Part shown: positions 18,617 through 27,400 of the stretch, piece after piece
Layout: each line of letters starts with the position of its first letter
How positions within the stretch are numbered: position 1 is the stretch's first letter
Source: a virus
Lineage: Duplodnaviria; Caudoviricetes
IMG/VR virus record: IMGVR_UViG_3300025096_003284
Coordinates: 1-56,786 of that record
Strand: one strand, 5' to 3'
DNA length: 56,786 bases
The notes under the pieces: model-generated
What the model saw: the letters and a program-made list of their open reading frames with translations, nothing else
What the model was told of the DNA's origin: nothing
Database searches by the model: none
Translations under genes and position numbers: made by a program

Positions 18617-19486
18617 ATGAAAGTACTTTATATTGGGGTATTTGATAACAATCATAAGTCTACAAATACATCCCAACTGCTTTCTCTTAAGCGCGCCGGC
18701 GCACAAGTTGTTGGATACAACTACAAAGACAAAGCTAAAAAACTAGGTTTCGCCGGCCGAGATGCCGATCTGGTTAATCTAGTGAGAGACCGAGATTTTG
18801 ATTTGGTTTTGTATAGCAAGTGCAACTTACTAAGTTATGATGTATTTGAAAACATCAAGCAGCAAACTACAACAGCAATGTGGTTTATGGACCCTCTTCA
18901 AACATATGATATGGAGATGAAAGAAAGGACCAAATTGGTGGATTATTTTTACTGTGATAAGAGCAACGTTTTGTGTGAAGCACTAAAAATCAATCCAAAT
19001 TCACACAGGGTATGCGAAGGATATGACGAAAGTGTAGACCGGCCAATCGAGAATGTAAATAAATCTTATGACGTTAGTTTCATCGGAGGCTTATATGGCC
19101 ATCGCGTAACACAGATTTCGTCGATGAGACACCCGGTGAAAATTATAACGAACGCATATGGAAAAGAACATGCACATAGTGTGGCGAAGTCTAGGATAAA
19201 CCTAAATCTTTGCACAACTCGCGGCGCGTCAGATCGAGTATATAAGGTTATGGCCGCCGGCGGCTTTTTAATTACTGATGACTGGGACGGCCGCGAAGAT
19301 GATTTTGTTGATGGGAAAGACTTAGTTGTTTTTGAAAATATCGAGGATTTAGATCAGAAGATAGATTACTATTTAAGTAATCCAGTAATTAGTGATAAAA
19401 TAGCAAGAAGTGGGCAGAGAACAGTCCAGAAGTTTACGCGCCTGAATTGGGCGCAAGAGATCTTGAGCTTAACCCTAACCCACTAA
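18617..19486 (+). CDS. Glycosyltransferase, CgeB-like (GT-B)
   Basis: YDVSFIG, INLN, SDRVYKV.AAGGFL, F.DG.DLV.F and YYL....IA..G motifs. Confidence 0.82.
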   Translation: MKVLYIGVFDNNHKSTNTSQLLSLKRAGAQVVGYNYKDKAKKLGFAGRDADLVNLVRDRDFDLVLYSKCNLLSYDVFENIKQQTTTAMWFMDPLQTYDMEMKERTKLVDYFYCDKSNVLCEALKINPNSHRVCEGYDESVDRPIENVNKSYDVSFIGGLYGHRVTQISSMRHPVKIITNAYGKEHAHSVAKSRINLNLCTTRGASDRVYKVMAAGGFLITDDWDGREDDFVDGKDLVVFENIEDLDQKIDYYLSNPVISDKIARSGQRTVQKFTRLNWAQEILSLTLTH

Positions 19487-19500
19487 AGAACGGAGATAAA

Positions 19501-19665
19501 ATGAAGAAAAAGAAAGAAGAGGCCGCCCGCGGCCCAACCAGGAGCGAAGTTAAAGAAATTGCGCAAGACATAGTCCAGAGTGCCCTGCATACTCAAGCAC
19601 GCGAATTGGAAGCTCACTTAAGAGATATCCACTCACGAATAGTGGCCCTAGAACGGAAACCATAA
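19501..19665 (+). CDS. Small hypothetical protein (coiled-coil-like)
   Basis: GGAG Shine-Dalgarno before ATG 19501. Fills the gap between neighbouring genes. Confidence 0.6.
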   Translation: MKKKKEEAARGPTRSEVKEIAQDIVQSALHTQARELEAHLRDIHSRIVALERKP

Positions 19666-19667
19666 TA

Positions 19668-19877
19668 ATGACATTATCTAATCAAGCCATAGGAGCCCTA
19701 ATGATGGCTCTTCAAAAATCTTTAATGGAACAAAGCGACATAGTCCCTGTCCTATTAGGAATGGACTTTGTTACAACGGAGGAGGGAACCCTTCAGGTTA
19801 CAAACCCGCCCGTTGTTTCTTTAGAGGGCGTAACCCCTCCTTTCACAGATGAGGAAGAAACTACCTTTGAGGACTAG
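19668..19877 (+). CDS. Small hypothetical protein
   Basis: Tightly packed 69-aa ORF on the coding strand. Confidence 0.7.
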   Translation: MTLSNQAIGALMMALQKSLMEQSDIVPVLLGMDFVTTEEGTLQVTNPPVVSLEGVTPPFTDEEETTFED

Positions 19878-19882
19878 CATAG

Positions 19883-20131
19883 ATGCCACGATATAATTAT
19901 CAGTGCAAACTATGCAAAAAAACCTCAACGATAAATCATCATAGTGATGATTTGCCGGGTTGTTGTCCTTTGTGCAAAGAGGAGGGGGGATTGGTTAAAA
20001 CACTAACCACCTTTAGTACTCAACATAAAACATCTAGCGTATTGCGCACAGGGCAAGTTACAGAAGAATTTATAAAAGACTCACGAGAAGAATTAAAACA
20101 GCAACGGAAACAGTTGCACGAGGAACGATGA
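19883..20131 (+). CDS. FmdB-like zinc-ribbon protein
   Basis: MP.Y.Y.CxxC ... CPxC pattern. Confidence 0.8.
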   Translation: MPRYNYQCKLCKKTSTINHHSDDLPGCCPLCKEEGGLVKTLTTFSTQHKTSSVLRTGQVTEEFIKDSREELKQQRKQLHEER

Positions 20132-20454
20132 CAGAACTACACTTATTTTTAATAATATCAGTTCTCCTTAACGGAGGCCTTATATGGTATGTAACAAGAA
20201 TTTTAAGAAAATTTGTGTTCATATCAGAGAATTTGTCTGATCTATTTTTAACCACAAAGGCATTTCAAGTCTTTGTGAATTCATTATATGGGATGGATAA
20301 TTATCATGGCGAACCTATGATACAAGAACTGGTATTTAAAATTAGTCAAGTTACTGAGGAAATAGAAATGTTTCGCGACATATTTGAATATACACTAGAT
20401 GAAGAACTAGAGGAAGAACTAAATGCCGCCGCGGAAGAAAAGATCGAAGAATAA
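20128..20454 (+). CDS. Hypothetical protein with N-terminal transmembrane helix
   Basis: Hydrophobic LFLIISVLLNGGLIWYV segment and acidic C-terminus. ATGA overlap. Confidence 0.7.
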   Translation: MTELHLFLIISVLLNGGLIWYVTRILRKFVFISENLSDLFLTTKAFQVFVNSLYGMDNYHGEPMIQELVFKISQVTEEIEMFRDIFEYTLDEELEEELNAAAEEKIEE

Positions 20455-21118
20455 AAACCATTATTTTACAAAAGTCCATGAAGACGCAATTGTAAAATAC
20501 GCCAACACTGAAGACAGGGAACTGAGGTCAAAGCTGTATGTAGAATACATTCAGCCTGCTTTTGACCAGATGGTCGATAAAATTATTTATACTTATCGTT
20601 TTACCACCCTGCCCAATATTGATTACTTAAAAGCCGACTGTAAGGTCTGGCTCACAACTATTTTAAATAAGTATGATCCGAGCAAAGGATCAAAAGCCTT
20701 TTCCTATTTTTCTGTTGTAACTAAAAACTGGTTTATCCACAAAGTTAAGCGCACCCAGAAGCGAAACAGGACCGAAGTCTTCATGGAAGATATCCTGAAT
20801 GAGCTGGATGAAAATTTAGTATCCACCGAACCCACTTATCTACAAAAGCGCCAAGATATAGAATTTTGGTCTTCTCTCCATGGAGAAATTGATACTTGGG
20901 ATGGCTTTATGCTGAAGGAAAACGAAAAAAAGGTTTTAATGGCTGTTCGTATTTTATTGGACTCTGCTGATACAATTGAAATTTTTAATAAAAAAGCTAT
21001 TTACTTATACTTGCGAGAGATTACTGGCCTCAACACCAAACAGGTTGTTAATAATCTCAATAAACTGAGGAAGCGTTACAAAACGTTTAAAAGTAAATGG
21101 CAAAACGGCGAGATCTAA
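20423..21118 (+). CDS. Phage RNA polymerase sigma-factor-like protein (putative late sigma)
   Basis: N-terminal HYFT, region-2-like KYDPSKGSKAFSYF...N.FI, and a C-terminal HTH-like segment (LREITGLNTKQV). Lies directly before the structural module. Confidence 0.7.
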   Translation: MPPRKKRSKNKNHYFTKVHEDAIVKYANTEDRELRSKLYVEYIQPAFDQMVDKIIYTYRFTTLPNIDYLKADCKVWLTTILNKYDPSKGSKAFSYFSVVTKNWFIHKVKRTQKRNRTEVFMEDILNELDENLVSTEPTYLQKRQDIEFWSSLHGEIDTWDGFMLKENEKKVLMAVRILLDSADTIEIFNKKAIYLYLREITGLNTKQVVNNLNKLRKRYKTFKSKWQNGEI

Positions 21119-21405
21119 ACCTAGATGAATATCTAGAAGAAACTACAAAAAACATCCGCGAGGATCGGGCGATGGCTAAGACATTGCTTATAGATGTCAT
21201 GGCGGATATGAAAGCCTCTTCTGCGGAGCGCAGAGAAATGGGCCCCATCGCGGCCAAGTTTGTAGAAAACCTTCAACGCTCTAACGAACAGATGGTAAAG
21301 CTAGCATCCATCCTCCAGAGACAAAAAACTAGTAGTGTTGGTCTCACTGCGTCCGATAAAGAGGATCTGTTCGACCTTCTTAACGAGAACCAGGAGGACA
21401 AATAG
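21097..21405 (+). CDS. Hypothetical helical protein
   Basis: 102-aa ORF coupled to both neighbours. Confidence 0.7.
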   Translation: MAKRRDLNLDEYLEETTKNIREDRAMAKTLLIDVMADMKASSAERREMGPIAAKFVENLQRSNEQMVKLASILQRQKTSSVGLTASDKEDLFDLLNENQEDK

Positions 21406-21407
21406 CC

Positions 21408-23423
21408 ATGGCCGAGGAAACCGAGAGCAGCGAGAGCAGCCTTACTCTAAAGGGTTTAAAATACGGATTCCTTAATGATGTTTCCGACACTGGTATGGAA
21501 GGATCCACAGATCGAAGGCGATCGCAAGGAGTCGATTATTTACGGTCAGCAATAAATTCCAATTATCAGCGCCGCGCGCTTGAGAAAATAGCTGTTTTTA
21601 CGGGGATAGTAGTGGCTGTAGGTGAGAAAATATCTATCGCCGCCCGCAATCCGGACGTTATTTTGAAACAAAACGCAGTTAACAAAAACTGGTTTTCAAA
21701 CGACGACGGGGATGACGTAAAAGTTTATAAAGTATATATCCCAGAGATAGAGTGCCGCCCAGCTCCTGCAAGTTATCGCGATCCCATTATTGCTACGTAC
21801 TATGATGTATATAGCAGTTTAGGTACCGGATTCTTTGACAAAGAGCCGACAGTAGGCTCGGTGGTCTCAGTGAGGTTTGATAACCTTAATAATTTCTCTG
21901 GGCCCCGTATAATAGCTTTCGGCGAAACAATCGCCTTTCTTGACGATGTTGATGGAAATTTGCAGGCTCTTTTTGGCGGCGGTGGCTACGGTGGCGGCGG
22001 TGGCCAGTGGATGGGGGCCACGATGAAGAACCGGGGCAAAGGCCTAGGAGAATTTCAAAAGGCCTTCAACCGGAAGCCACGCATAAAGTGCGATACAGAG
22101 CCCTCTGAGGCTCAAAAACAAGTAGCTGCTGCTCTCAATATCGACGTTGAGGTTATTATGGCCATCGGCGCCGTCGAGTCAGGAGGCCGTTCGGGCCCCA
22201 CATTGCGCTTCGAACCACATCTATTTCACAGGGATGCATCATCTGCCGAGGCAGCCAAAGTACCATTTACTGCGCATAGCCCTCCTCCTACTTATAGTAG
22301 GGTAGGAAAGGAAACCAAGAAGCCCGCGTTCGATCACGCGTACACTGTAAATAAGAAAGCAGCCATAAGATCAACCAGTTGGGGCATGTATCAGGTCTTG
22401 GGGGGACATTTGCTGAAAAAGTACGGGCCCGACCCAGACAGGGCCCTCGCAGCATTCTATAATGACCCGGATGCCGTATCTTATGTCTTGCTTCAATCTT
22501 GGATGGAGGGGTCCCCCAAGGCACGCAAAGCAGCGCAGGAGAAGGATTTTGTATCTTTTGCCGGCTACTATAATGGCGGCGGCCCCGGTGGTGGGCAATC
22601 GTGGATGTACGGCGGATCGATCGCGCGCGAGTATAACTCTATTACGTGTGGCAGAAATGTTCAAGTCGCTCCCAATCCTGAAGACCCACAAGAACCAACG
22701 CCTGGCTCAGTACTCTATCTTGCAGATAGCCAGCATGCTGCCCCATATTCTTTTGGCGGCCTTTTGCGAAAGGACCTCACCAAGGCCGGCGTGCCTTATA
22801 TAATTAATATGGCGAAAACTGGCCGCGGCATTAGTGCCGGCGGAGCTGGGGTTATAAGCAATAGCACCTTAAAAAACGAATTTGTAGCGCGCGTAACGAA
22901 GGTAAAACCAAAGTATGCAATCGTTGGCTTGGGCGGAAACGATGCTGGTTTTTCTGGAGACGGATCCGAGTCTACCTATAAAACTAAATTTTTAAAACCA
23001 CTTGTAGAAGCTCTTAAGGGTGCCGGCATAGAGAAGATCATATGGCTCGGAGCCACCAAGCCCTCCGTGCCAGATAAAGAGCCCACCGGAGAACAAAAGT
23101 ATTATAAGAAACCCGAGGAACTCGCTCGCCGCGCTAATATTCGCCGATGGCAGGCTGGATATTTACCGTCCTTGGGGGTAACCTATATAAATATGGAACC
23201 TTTAACCCAGACACGACAAACAGCCGATGGCGTACACTATACATCAGGGGGATATTCTGGATGGTACAGCGCCGCTAAAAATGGTGTCCTCAAGGGCCCT
23301 ATAGATCAGTTGGTTGCCGGCGTCAAATCCGATATGGCCGCTGCAGAAGTGGCTGCCGCTGAAGAGAATACGGTTCAAGAAGAAGAAAATGCTGCTCCCG
23401 AGGAGAACACCGCTCCGGCGTAG
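21408..23423 (+). CDS. Baseplate hub/gp5-like protein: N-terminal OB-like domain + N-acetylmuramidase + SGNH hydrolase
   Basis: Muramidase motifs AVESGG, LRFEPHLF, STSWGMYQVLG and FAGYYNG. SGNH motifs ADS, G, GGND and DGVH. AGGAGG Shine-Dalgarno. Confidence 0.75.
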   Translation: MAEETESSESSLTLKGLKYGFLNDVSDTGMEGSTDRRRSQGVDYLRSAINSNYQRRALEKIAVFTGIVVAVGEKISIAARNPDVILKQNAVNKNWFSNDDGDDVKVYKVYIPEIECRPAPASYRDPIIATYYDVYSSLGTGFFDKEPTVGSVVSVRFDNLNNFSGPRIIAFGETIAFLDDVDGNLQALFGGGGYGGGGGQWMGATMKNRGKGLGEFQKAFNRKPRIKCDTEPSEAQKQVAAALNIDVEVIMAIGAVESGGRSGPTLRFEPHLFHRDASSAEAAKVPFTAHSPPPTYSRVGKETKKPAFDHAYTVNKKAAIRSTSWGMYQVLGGHLLKKYGPDPDRALAAFYNDPDAVSYVLLQSWMEGSPKARKAAQEKDFVSFAGYYNGGGPGGGQSWMYGGSIAREYNSITCGRNVQVAPNPEDPQEPTPGSVLYLADSQHAAPYSFGGLLRKDLTKAGVPYIINMAKTGRGISAGGAGVISNSTLKNEFVARVTKVKPKYAIVGLGGNDAGFSGDGSESTYKTKFLKPLVEALKGAGIEKIIWLGATKPSVPDKEPTGEQKYYKKPEELARRANIRRWQAGYLPSLGVTYINMEPLTQTRQTADGVHYTSGGYSGWYSAAKNGVLKGPIDQLVAGVKSDMAAAEVAAAEENTVQEEENAAPEENTAPA

Positions 23424-23437
23424 AGGAATAAAGTTTT

Positions 23438-24445
23438 ATGTCAAAAACAAAAATAAACCCAACTGTGAAAAAGATTAGTAAGGCGATAGACTTAGATTTG
23501 TTGTCCGATCGTCAGCGCGCTGCCTTTGATCGTAGATCCCCTAGTCAAAAAGCCCAATGGCTTGGCTTCAGCCAGGGCGGCCGCGAGAATTTCGATACGC
23601 CCTCCTATATCAAGAGCGACGCCGAGAAAGTACTAGACCAGGGGAATGCATTTATAGTTCTTGGTCTAGACAGGCCCAGTAACCTTTTCTCTGGTTTTGG
23701 GGGAAGCAAGAATACTCAATGCGCTGCGATCGACCTCGTCGCGGGGAGAATGGGCTACCGGGCTAAATCATCCACAAAAAACGGTGCTACTGTGCACACT
23801 GATCCCAACTTTCGCCACGACGCGGCGCGGATTTATATATCGCAGAAGTCCGACCCGGATGGGTATTTTGGATTAGCGGCAGGTTCAGTTGGAAACACAT
23901 CTAATAAGAGCCCCAGGAGTACGGTGGTACTAAAAGCAGACACGGTTCGTATGGTAGCAAGAGAAAACATTAAATTAGTGACACGCACAGACACACAAAA
24001 TTCTCAGGGAGCCACTCTAGGTAACGCATTTGTAGGGGGCTATGGAATTGATTTAATTGCGATGAATGACGACAAGGCCCTACAGCCTATGGTAAAAGGG
24101 GAAAACTTGAAAGAATGTTTGAAAGCTATCATCGAGACTATTCATGATATTAGAGATTTGTTTGATAATTTTATTGAAGAGGATCGAAAACTTACACAAT
24201 CACTTTTGAAACATACACATAACTCTCCTTTCTTTGGGTCCCCGACGTCTCCGGCCTTCGAGTTTTTGCCTGCTGGGATTGAGTCACTGATCAATAAAAT
24301 TACTAATGTGCAGCTCCAGTTGAATACCTCAATGCAAAAACTAAACTCAGTTCAAACGAATTATTTGGAAGTTCCTGCTGGAGCCTGCGCCACTAAAGAT
24401 GGAAAAAGCCAATATATATTGAGTAGATACAATAACGCGAACTAA
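23438..24445 (+). CDS. Putative baseplate central spike protein (gp5 C-terminal/gpV-like)
   Basis: Beta-rich VVLKADTVRMVARENIKLVT, VKGENL...L and HTH (HxH metal motif). Position between the hub and wedge genes. Confidence 0.55.
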   Translation: MSKTKINPTVKKISKAIDLDLLSDRQRAAFDRRSPSQKAQWLGFSQGGRENFDTPSYIKSDAEKVLDQGNAFIVLGLDRPSNLFSGFGGSKNTQCAAIDLVAGRMGYRAKSSTKNGATVHTDPNFRHDAARIYISQKSDPDGYFGLAAGSVGNTSNKSPRSTVVLKADTVRMVARENIKLVTRTDTQNSQGATLGNAFVGGYGIDLIAMNDDKALQPMVKGENLKECLKAIIETIHDIRDLFDNFIEEDRKLTQSLLKHTHNSPFFGSPTSPAFEFLPAGIESLINKITNVQLQLNTSMQKLNSVQTNYLEVPAGACATKDGKSQYILSRYNNAN

Positions 24446-24450
24446 TCATA

Positions 24451-27400
24451 ATGCCAGCCAAATTAAATTTTTATAAAGAGTTCCCCGGGAAGCCTCTCAA
24501 CATACCGTTTGAAGAGAAGGGCATTCCTTACCTTAAGTTTAAATTACGTAAAAAAATCAAAGACCAGGATACAATTTATAATAAAGCGATTGATCATTAT
24601 GTAACTCATTACTTTCCTGAATTTTATCGCAACATGAAGGATCCTGAGTTTGATGGCGACGATACATATTATGATGAATTAAGACAAACCCTCCGGTCAG
24701 CAATCCGGACCGAAAACCCTGGATATGCTACAGCGCCCCCTACTGCCAATCATATTATTATAACGCGTTTGGAGATGGACCAAACGATAGCCGAGCTAAG
24801 AAACTCAATGGCACGCCAAGATCAGCTCCCAGAATTTCGGCCTAGCCTAGAGTTCTTTAATAAAAAGAACAACATCAGCACTGAGATAGCCTCTCAAACG
24901 GAAATTCAATTAGAACATATTCTCACCGACATGGATTTGTTCGGAGCTGTAATGAAGGATTTCGGGAAACAAAAAGATAACTATAGCGGCGCCGTACCCC
25001 TAGGGGGAATTAATTTTAATTTTCTAGGTGGTGATATTTCTAAGGTTATAACTGTAATCCTGCGCGAGGTTCTTAAGGACGTTGAGGCCACTATGGGCGA
25101 AACCTACCGCGCGGAAGAGGGAGACGTGCTTACAATATATTTCTCTGAACGCACCGGGCCACCCGAAGGAGAATTGGAGTCGTCTGCACCACCACCGGAT
25201 CCGCTCAATATTTTTAATGTTCCAAAAATAGCGATCGCCGGAATTACTTATTCCGCCGCCGCGGCCACTGGCACTGAGTTCCTTAAGGTAGGATATCTAT
25301 CTCTCATTAAGTATAAGAAGCGATTCCGAGATCCCTTAACTCTTAAGACGTTACAAAAATATAATGATGTTCTGCTCAAAGCCGGCGAGAGCAACGCCGC
25401 CGGACAGCCATTTCCGATGTTTGAGTTTTTGTCCGAAACACTACCAGATCAAATACAGACAGATCAGAACAACGGTGATCTTTTTAGTTTCCCTACCCCC
25501 AATGATCAAAACAATAATGACAACAACGCGCTTCTTCAAGAGGCTATTCGTCTTGGTCTCATCGATGTTACTGATACCAAAGAATTGGAAGACGGCATAA
25601 AAGCCTTAACTACTGATGAGCTAACACAGCTTAGGGCCGCAGTCGAAAGCAATCCGGAGCTGGCAGAAAAAGTATATCAGGCAGAGCGCAAAAAGAATCT
25701 TGAGACTGGCATCAACATTGCTAATAATATTGAGAGGGCTTTTGAAATAGGCCCCCTTGCCATGTTCGAGCACTGCAGCGCGTTGGATAAAATATTAGAA
25801 AAAATAGGACTCAAGGCATTAGCCAAGGAGGCTTTGATCTGTTTAACCTTCGGAATAAATTTTGAAATTAGTCGCATCGCGGCCGCCGTGGGTAACGTAA
25901 TGGAGGAGGAACTTCTATCCCGACCATCCATAGATCCTCAAACGTTTGATATATTTAAAATCAAAGGAGATCTCTGGAAAACCATCTTAGATATGATTTT
26001 GAACTCCTTGCAACAAGCCCTCCTTGCGCTTGTTAAAAGCCTAACCGAGATGCTCAAGGAGGCGTGCAATCTCAATAACCCCCGCGCCAGTGACTACGGA
26101 AATACCGATCTTGCAGGCCTGATTGCCGACAACTTTCTGGATCCCCTCGCCGGCGTAAATCCATTTGGCTACGGCAATGATGGCAACAGCCCACTCGGAG
26201 ATTTGATAAATCTTTTAGGCATGCCACAAGAAGATATCTACAAGTACGTCAGCGACCTGTCATCTATTCTAAGTTCTCTGGACATTTGCATTCTTCTCAT
26301 GGACATACAATCAGCGTCCGACGAACTAATCGATCGAATTATTGAGTTTAATTTAGGATATGGAGATTCTAATATTTCAACCAAACTCATAGATGTTTCG
26401 TCGGTTATTGAATTCTTTACGCTCCTGGGGAATGTAACAGATGTAACTGATCTGTGCAATGAGATTATTAATGATCTGTCATTGTTGAACCAAGATAATA
26501 TTTGTTTAGACATCGGTCAACTTGATGCCCAAGAGATGCAGAATATTGAGGATTTGCTAGACATTATTGAAAACGGATTCACAGATGAACCCCCCGTATA
26601 TAACTTTGATTGCCCTGAGGCCGAAAACTATATTAGTGACCCGACCATAACCAGACTTATACCGGAAACTTTGAGCACGCTGGTAGAACTTGTTGAGATG
26701 CAGTTCGTTTATTCAGTCGACTCGATAAAAAATGTTCTCTTAGAGCCTTCCATCGCCCGGGCCGGTGGCTCTGGAGCTAAGGGGGAGACAGCCTATGGAA
26801 CCGCACTTAAGAGTGTTCCTGACGCCGAGGACTGGCCCGAATTACCTAAAGCCGGCGTGTCGGCCCTGCTCTCGATAATGAAAGCACTCAAAGAGGTGTC
26901 CTCTGGCTCTTCCGACCTCCGCGATGCGCTCGAAGCGTGTTTGATTGATGTTCCGGGCCTTCTAAATCCAGACCTTCGGAACATTGGCGAGGCCATTGAT
27001 ATTTTAATGGACGTTCTGATGTCACCAGAAATTTCTGATGCACTAGAAAACATTTCAGACAAAGCAGATCAACTCAATCAGGGGACTGGCCCAGCAGTTA
27101 TGACCTATCGCTTCAACCAAGAGTTTTATAATAAGTTTGTGGACTACATTAATATTGATGAGGCCGACTGGAAAAGGTTATCGACAACACCCTCACGGAC
27201 CCAGTATTATATTAAAGATCGTTTTAAGTATATCACCTCCGAAGAAACAAATACCAACCGAGTTATGTTTTCGTTTCCCGATATAGCGTCGACTCCTACC
27301 CTTGCGGGCCTCCGGGATGGTACAGTAACGGCGACTACGGGAGAGAGACTCGATTGTAAGGACCAACAACAAATTAATCAAATATTAGATTTCGGAGGCA

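Noticed and set aside
2348-19486. Bacterial O-antigen/capsule locus or a chimeric contig
   Set aside because: It lacks membrane assembly and export genes and is seamlessly packed against phage-type genes on both sides, on the same strand.
21975-22005. GGC/GGT-rich repeat
   Set aside because: It encodes a Gly linker (GGGGYGGGGG) between domains and is not an independent DNA element.
23360-23420. Three EEN-containing peptide repeats at the end of the hub protein
   Set aside because: A short, degenerate acidic low-complexity tail with no further support.
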